A stretch of DNA of 64,000 bases from NCBI GenBank assembly GCA_010909165.1, contig VJWM01000116.1, forward strand, positions 868,001-932,000, in the 5' to 3' direction. How positions within the stretch are numbered: the first letter of the stretch is position 1; every line of letters begins with the position of its first letter. Positions 56,797 to 64,000 of the stretch are shown here, one piece after another. The notes under the pieces were generated by a model, which was given only the letters and a program-made list of their open reading frames with translations, was not told where the DNA came from and did not search any database. Source of the stretch: Anthoceros angustus (lineage: Eukaryota > Plantae > Anthocerotophyta). Position numbers and translations under genes: made by a program.

Positions 56797-59700
56797 TGGC
56801 TGCTAAAGGGAAATCGAAGGTAATATACTACTTGGGTTTGTAATATAGCTTACAGTAGAAACAAGTAAACAAGTAACGCGTTTGATCTATGTTTGCAGGC
56901 TCAGCCAAGGCAAAATATGGTGATGCTCGACTTGCGCAACCGCGCGTGGTCGAGAGGTTCAAGCTATCTTTGCGCACCTCAAGAATGTCCCACGGGATAC
57001 AAGGTTGCAAAGCCGTAGACCCATTACTCCAGAATGAGAGAGGCACTTCGAAGTGCTCACATCGAATTGTAACCAGCGAGGAAGAGGGAAGGCAAAAGGC
57101 GCCAGGACCTCAATCGACACATGGCCCAATACCACAAGTAAGTATCCGATAAGAACGTGCCTTATTGTGTATTACAAGAATCGACATCACATTGTGTATT
57201 GTTTAGAATGTACATAGCGAGGATTCCCACGAATCCTGAGATCGCGGCAAAAAGTGAGAAGGGACACAGACACAAGAAGATGGCGGGCCGCATAATTAGT
57301 GAGATTTATGAGGGAAGCGGACCATGTGAAACAGAGTCCAAGGAAGAGGAGGAGGCCGAACGTGCTTGGGAAAGCAGATTTCATTGGAGTGACAGCACAT
57401 GTGGTCGCTTTTTGAGAGGTTTGTAGAGCCCGCTTGCTAGACGAGGTAAATGGTCTGAGATCGATGGGCTTTTCCAGCCTTGCCGTGCATTGCAACATGC
57501 ATGCAGACCGGAGGCATGGATCGGGAGACGGTGATGCAGCCTCCGTGATTGGGTGGACAGGGAAGGGTGGGGAACGCCATCAACGATTACAAGGATTACC
57601 ATCCAAGAAGACATCTCTAGTGCTGCACTTTTGTGCGTGGTTTCATTCATCGGGCCAACCATGTTGCGGTGTTCAAGTTCTTATTTTGAAGAGTTCAGAG
57701 TGTTTGGCTATTCTTTCCCTCATGGAACACTTCCGAAAGATATGAGGCAGCGATGAGGTTATGGGAGCAACACTTTTCCAAGATTCAAGAGTTCCCGATC
57801 CTGTGTTCTGTAAGTATTTCTACACCGCTCATCATTTTCATGTCCTTTCCATGTTCCAATGCCGTGGTGGTGCAAAGGCATAGAAGACGAGGACATACAA
57901 GTGGATGCGCAAGTGAAGTTAATGGAAGAAAGGGCAGCTCGGAGAGCACATGAGGACATGGCCACCGACCATGAACAATCCAACGTCAGAACGAAAGGAT
58001 GAGGATGAAATAACGATTTCTCATCATCGAGGAGGAGGAGGAGGAGGAGGAGGAGGAGGAGGAGGAGGAGGAGGAGGAGGAGAGGAGGAGGAGGAGGAGG
58101 AGGAGGAGGAGGAGGAGGAGGAGGAGGAGGAGGGGGAGCAGGAGGAGGAGGAGGAGGATGAGGAGGAGGAGGTTGGGGAGGAAGAGGAGCCAAAGATGTA
58201 CAAGGATGGCGGGTTCCAGATTTTCCCCATGTGCAAGCCATGGTCGGAAGGTAATCGTATGTTTTTTCCGTGCATGTGCTCTCGATTATCGTGTAATGTA
58301 TGTTACAGCAGGTGTTTGTTGCGATTTTACACGACAATGGTAATGCATCTTACAGAATGTGTTTGTTGTGGAACTTACGAGTAGTCGTGATGTATCTTAC
58401 AGAAGAGGGGAGGAGGTGAAGGAGGAGGAGCAGGAGGGGTTCGTGAAGGGGAGAAAAGGATGAGGTTCGTGGGGAGGAAGCCGAGCCACGGAGAAACAAG
58501 GAAGGGCGGGTTCCAGATTTCCGCATGTTCAAGGCATGGTCGGAAGGTACTATAACGGATAGTTGTAATGTATGTTACATACATACGTTTGTTGTAGAAG
58601 TTACAGGGTTTAGCTCTCATGTATGTTACAGACATCTGTTGTTGTGGAACTTAAGACGGTACTGTAATGTTTCTTACAGAAAGAGGGGAGGACGAGGAGG
58701 GGAGGAAGGGAGGAGGTGGGGTGGAGGAAGAGGAGGAAGCAGTACAAGGAGGAGGAGGAAGGGAGGAAGGGGTTGAGGTTGGGGAGGAGGAAGAGGAGCG
58801 ACAGCAGTACAAGGATGCGCGGTTCCCGCATTTCCCCATGTGGAAGCCATGGTCGCAAGGTACTGTGTTTTTCCTTGCATGTGCTCACATTATCGGTTCA
58901 GCAATGTATGTTACAGCAGTGTTTGTTGCAATTTTACATCGCATAATGCATCTTACACGATGTGTTTGTTATGGAACTTAAGACGGTACTGTACTGTATC
59001 TTACAGAAAACAGGGGAGGAGGAGGAGGAGGAGGAGGACGAGGAGGAGGAGGGAGGCGCAGGGCACGAACTTCATGGACATGCAGGATTTTGCATGTGCC
59101 TCCCTCCGCCCCCACCCAAGGCGCTGAGAGGCCCCAACCGAGGCAGATGAGGTACAACGACCCTCCCCGCACGAATACGCTGTCCGAGGAGTCCACACGA
59201 TCTCGGCGCTCCAGAGTAAGATGTCGTCCAGGGTTCCTGAATTGTGGAAGGATCTGATGTGGGATGTTTTGACCCGAATTGTTGGTTCCTCCATGGCGTA
59301 AAAGAAGGGCCACACTCGCGGCGAACCATCTCCACGAGGCTGGTTAGTGTTGCAGGACGACGTTATGTCTTCAGCGACGGCAGCCCCGGTGGAGCCAACC
59401 CCCAAGAAGAAGAGGCGGAGGCGGAGATTTTAATGTGCTTTACATGAATCAAATGTAAGGTAGTGTACACTTTACCACCGGGGGAGGGTGTTTGCAGTCG
59501 GATGACTGTAATAAGATTTACGTAAAACGCCGTCAGGTACGTTACATGAATGCATGGTAAGGTACTTCACAGTCGTTTAGGGGTCTTTACATGACTAACA
59601 CCTTCGGGGGTCTCTAAATTCTTTCAGGCAGGGGCGCGGGCGCCGGAACGGCGGGTCGGGCGAGTGAGTCACTGTGACCATGTGGGGAGAGGGTGCTTGC

Positions 59701-61370
59701 ATGGGTGACTATGTCGCTTTAACCCTAAAGACCGTGGAGGTACGCTATGTAATGCGCAGTAAGGTCCTACAGAACGGGTCATGACTTACACCCTCGGGTT
59801 TCTCCAAATTCAACAGGCGGGCGCGGAGGCTGGCGCGGGCGCAGGTCGAGGCCGAGGTCGACGCTGGCCGCCGAGGGCGAGGTCGAGGCGGGCGAGGTGC
59901 GGGCGGGCGAGGTGCGGGCGGCACCGCTTCTGGACCGCGGGGAAGGGTGCTTGCATGACCGTAACGTGCTTTAACACTTCATAAGGCGCTACACAATTAC
60001 CGTAAGGGTTGTAACATGATTACGCTGTAAGGTTCTTTACAGTCGTCACGTGGTCATGACTTACAACTTCGGGCGTCTCTAAATTCAAACTCGCAAACGC
60101 CGGGAGTGGTGGTTGTTCCTTGAGGGCAGGACGTCATGGAGTACCTTCGTGGAATCCCCATATCGGGTGTGAAGTGGTTCTCGACATACAACCAGGCAGC
60201 AGAAGCGCAAAACCAAAACCCCTTCCATGCTGGGGAGTTGTTCGCCCACGATCTGGTGTTCATGGGCCGGAATTCGAAAGAGGTTGTGGCAAAACGTTTG
60301 TACTTGCTTCCCTCCGCTATTTGGGACATTATGTGGAAGGCGAGGAGTAGTGGAGCTATCCGCTTTTTATGATATTGTCCACTCGAACAAGCCGCCTGGT
60401 TTGGGGACGCCGATTTGAAGCCCCACAAGCGCCACCGACAAGTGCGGGCCAAGTTAAAGGATATATCTGCAGAGTGGATATAGCGATGACATGGTAGGGA
60501 GATTTTTCAAATCCATGATCTCGTTGGAAAGGAGTTCACACACCGCTTGTTCGGTTGTTGTGGTGGGAGGTATCGTTTTGTAATGTACATTACAATGTTG
60601 ATATGTAATGTACACTTGAACTTTAATCTTAAGGCCATGACGACTTTCATCCGTAATATACCTTACACGTTGTTCATTCTCAATCCCCGCAGATACTCGC
60701 CACATTGGCGCATTAGCCTCATCGGGTTTGAGGATTTCGATGACAGGAAGGTGCTCCACTTGAACGGTTGCAGACCCACAAAATTCTCTTGTCATTAGAC
60801 TTAGGCGGAGTAATTTTTAAGGATCACGGGTGTCCTTGAGATCTTGGGCTTGGGAGTCGGATAGGTTCGCATGGCGTCGGTGTTTTCCGTGACTTCAGCC
60901 CACGACGGATGAGGCAGCGTAAAGGAATGCTCGTTCGTACGATGTGTTTGGACAATTTGTTGTGTCGGCGTAATGGAGGCTTAGAGTTGAAGGGACGAGG
61001 TCTGAGCCCATTGACCTATTAATCGATACACGGAGAGAAGCAATTTTATGAAGTTTGCAGTCGCTCAAAGCGGTTGGACCGTCAACCATGCATGCACCGT
61101 TGAGAACATGGTAATTCGTAAGGAGGTTTATATACGAACCCCTTCCGTTGCGTAACCCTTTGACGAAAATCACTGATCTAAATCACGCAGCCATCAGCCT
61201 CCGACAATGGACCATTCTTGGCCCCCGACTAAGTCATGAACAACACAATTGAGGCATACACACGGACAATAGGTGGTGCCGGCCGGCTACCGGATGAAGC
61301 CATGAGTGGAAGAGGGACGTTTTAAATGTGCACTTCGCAAAATGGCACCGATAGACACATGGCATAATGA
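56796..61370 (+). pseudogene. Multi-exon acidic nuclear protein gene (frameshifted as assembled), with NLS and possible divergent C-terminal SET domain
   Basis: ATG 56796 and GT-AG introns (56820-56898, ~57138-57206 and others). Poly-G/E tract, three repeated E-rich exons, PKKKRRRRR at 59401-59427 and SET-like words at 60852-61095. Confidence 0.5.
58029..58171 (+). repeat. (GGA)n microsatellite (poly-Glu/Gly coding)
   Basis: Read directly. Confidence 0.97.
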
Positions 61371-61417
61371 AGTTTATGTCGGAATCCTAATACATTGGAT
61401 CCGGTTACTCGTGCGGG

Positions 61418-64000
61418 CTATTCGGTCTCAACGGGCCACGAAACGCGAGAATCTAAAACTACAGCTAGGTTCGCACGCTCCGGTTCTTCTTCAAAGCTGT
61501 TCTCACCCAAAGCGTTGTCGTTGTTAACCTCCGCGCTTGGACACATCGGCGTGGGAGGTTGCCATATGGTATCCAGCGTTTGCAAGTCCCCTCCAACAAT
61601 TCGTTAAGTCTTCATCCTCCGGCACTCAAAGAAACAACTTGGGCCTTTGAACAATCCTTTTCACTTATACAAACCTCCTTTGCCCAGGCTGCGAAGGGCG
61701 CTGCGATGGGGCTCAAGGTAAGCTCTTCTTGACTCCGGAGAACCTCGATCCGTGGATCTGTTGGGGGATGTATCCAAAGACACCGTAAGTCGCCCGATGG
61801 CGTCTGATTTCTTCCTGAGCAAGGCTGCTAATCTGGTTGTGCCACGGAGCATCGTCCACCACCCGGTCTCCTTCTTTGAGAAGGTCTTGATCAATTTCAT
61901 CATCACCAAGAGGCCTTTGGTATGGGCATACCACCAACTTGTCATGGGACAAGTACACCTTCTTTACCACGGTGTCATGGCCTATGACGGACCTCCCATT
62001 GTTAAAAGTGCCATGCATGGCATTCGGCATCATCGAGCTCGATCCTTTGAACACCCATCTTTCAAGCCCCATCCGGTCACATACTCCTTTGTTTCAAATC
62101 CTATCATTGCTCATGTTAGTTTTATCCCACACGAAAGACACCAGCCACCCTTCTTACACCACTGCGCGATTCCCGTCTTGTGTGGGCTTCCTCCACTCCA
62201 TGCATGACAATCATGCGGAAGTCTTCGCTTAGTTTTCTCATGGAAAAGCTGTACTCAACATAGTGGCATCCATCCGTTTGTCCATAGGCCCAATATCAAA
62301 GCCTCACACATCCATGACTAACGGGGTGTACCTCCTCACCAAGGTAGCCCCGCATCTCCAAAATATCTCGCTTCTCCACTTGGTAATGAACCTCCTTCTC
62401 GATCCACGAAGTAAAATGTGCAGCCCTTCATGAAGATCAGTATACGCGCTCATTGCTCGTCTTCCAAACTCTTCCAATTATTGATCTCGAAAATGAAATT
62501 CTTAAAGTCCTCCGGCATTCAAAGAAACAACTTGGGCCTTTGAACAATCCTTTTCACTTATACAAACCTCCTTTGCCTGCTGGGCCTGCGGGGCTCAAGG
62601 TAAGCTCTTCTTCAAAGATCCGGAGAACCTCGATCCGTGGATGCGCCTGGGGATGTATCCAAAGACACCGTAAGTCCGCGATGGCGATACGCTTCCATGC
62701 AGCAAGGTCGCTAATACTGCTGTGCCACTCCGAGCATGCGCCCACCACCTCCTTCTTTGAGAAGGTCTTGATCAATTTCATCATCACCAAGAGGCCTTTG
62801 GTATGGGCATACCACCAACTTGTCATGGGACAAGTACACCGCTTCTTTACCAGTGTCATGGCCTATGACGGACCTCCCATTGTTAAAAGTGCCATGCATG
62901 GTATTCGCATCATCGGAGCTCGATCCTTTGAACACCCATCTTTCAAGCCCCATCCGATGTCACATACTCCATCGCTTCAACCGCCCCTATCATTGCTCAT
63001 GTTAGTTTTATCCCACACGAAAGACACCAGCCACCCTTCTTACACCACCGCAAGATCGATTCTGCATCGTGGGCTTCTCCACTCCATGCATGACAATCAT
63101 GCGGAAGTCTTCGCTTGTAGTTTTCATGAAAACTGCTGAAAATCAGACTCAACATAGTGGCATCCATCCGCTTGTCCATAGGCCCAATATCAAAGCCTCC
63201 GGGCACATCCATGACTAATGGTGTACCTCCTCACCAAGGTAGCCCCGCATCTCCAAAATATCTCGCTTCCACTTGGTAATGAACCTCCTTCACCACAGAA
63301 CAGAAAATGTGCAGCCCTTCATGAAGATCTCAGATTCCGCCATAGCTCGCTTTTCCAAACTCTTCCAATTATTGATCTCAAAATGAAATTTTAAAGTCCT
63401 CCGCATTTTCCGTAAGTTGTCTATATCCTTCAATTCTTTGCAGGCAAAAACGAGTAAGTGCATATCTGACGTGTCTGAAACATTATGCACCGTAGATCTC
63501 AAGGGGGAGGCCGCCGGCGCCTCTGGCCTCAGTTCTATGGATCTGAGATGGCGGCCGGGCTGCCAGCAACTCCATCACATGTGGAAGTGGCCTCGCCAGC
63601 CGCCTGCAAGAACGTTAGGGTTTGTAACGACATGACGAGAGAATTAGAAAACGATGGGTAGTATGGCACACCTTCCCATGAATGCCGTCTGAACCGAGCT
63701 ATCATTTGTCGATCATGCAAAGGATATTCCTAACCTCTTGAATGATGAGCAGCCCAAGTGTTTTACCATAGCCACTTGTATAACATGAAACTTCTTCCGT
63801 AAGGTAATCTCCTCATCCATACCTTTTAGGTCGACACCCGCCAACACCTTCTCTTACCGATGAGTATCCACGACCGACTCTCCACCGAATCTTGAACGAT
63901 TTCCACGGCTTTGCTAGCATATCCTTCACGAACAAAGGTCAACAACCGAGCCTCTTGTACCTTCCGCTTGCCTTTGCCCTTCTTACTTGTTCAGAACATG
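61418..64000 (-). pseudogene. Beta-class N4-cytosine/N6-adenine DNA methyltransferase (N6_N4_Mtase-like), spliced, 5' part beyond the window, frameshifted as assembled
   Basis: Consensus of the two local copies gives motifs in beta order: LVMDVPGG (motif IV), FRMIVMH, SFVWDKTN, EYVT.GW, CPYQRPL.VMMKLIKTFSKEGDRVVDAC.GT (motifs X-I) and LAALL..GRLTVSLDTSP (motif II). Putative introns near 63670-63605 and 63490-63437. Confidence 0.75.
61616..63404. repeat. ~890-bp tandem duplication covering the MTase domain (61616-62507 / 62508-63404)
   Basis: Both copies begin TCCTCCGGCA(C/T)TCAAAGAAACAACTTGGG and differ mainly by small indels. Confidence 0.9.

Noticed and set aside
60454-61173. Minus-strand ORFs 60454-60795 and 60895-61173 as a separate gene
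   Set aside because: No motifs. The + strand carries the splice signals and SET-like words in this interval.
61752-63139. + strand ORFs of 151 and 228 aa
   Set aside because: Antisense to the MTase motifs, which are on -.
1-64000. tRNA, rRNA or snoRNA genes
   Set aside because: None recognised by eye. Only tRNA-complementary PBS motifs were found. A tRNAscan/Infernal run would be needed to exclude them.

Overview
Eukaryotic nuclear DNA from a land plant with compact, GC-rich genes and ~80-150 bp introns. The gene set and compactness suggest a seed-free plant such as a hornwort; this is inference. (1) 1-26 kb is a transposon nest. A decayed Ty1/copia (+) is interrupted within RT by a palindromic 23-bp minisatellite. 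Into that minisatellite a full-length non-chromovirus Ty3/gypsy element (-, 2631-21586, TSD GCCAC) has inserted. Its two very long LTRs (~4.4 kb after removing internal duplications) each appear to carry a ~1,000-codon sense ORF in U3. A non-autonomous CACTA element containing a second copia fragment follows. (2) 27-56 kb is a clean gene-dense block: NFXL1, a YnbB/aluminium-resistance-family PLP enzyme head-to-head with an HhH-GPD glycosylase, TON1/FOP, a DUF1995+SAP-like protein, an NPF transporter and an intronless secreted permuted-papain-like protein. (3) 56.6-64 kb is a repeat-like, indel-rich unit with two convergent spliced genes. On - lies a prokaryote-type beta-class N4-cytosine/N6-adenine DNA methyltransferase, missed by the ORF track because of frameshifts. 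On + lies an acidic, NLS-bearing protein with a possible divergent SET domain. Repeat regions show long-read-type indels and local duplications, so many frameshifts may be consensus errors rather than real lesions.
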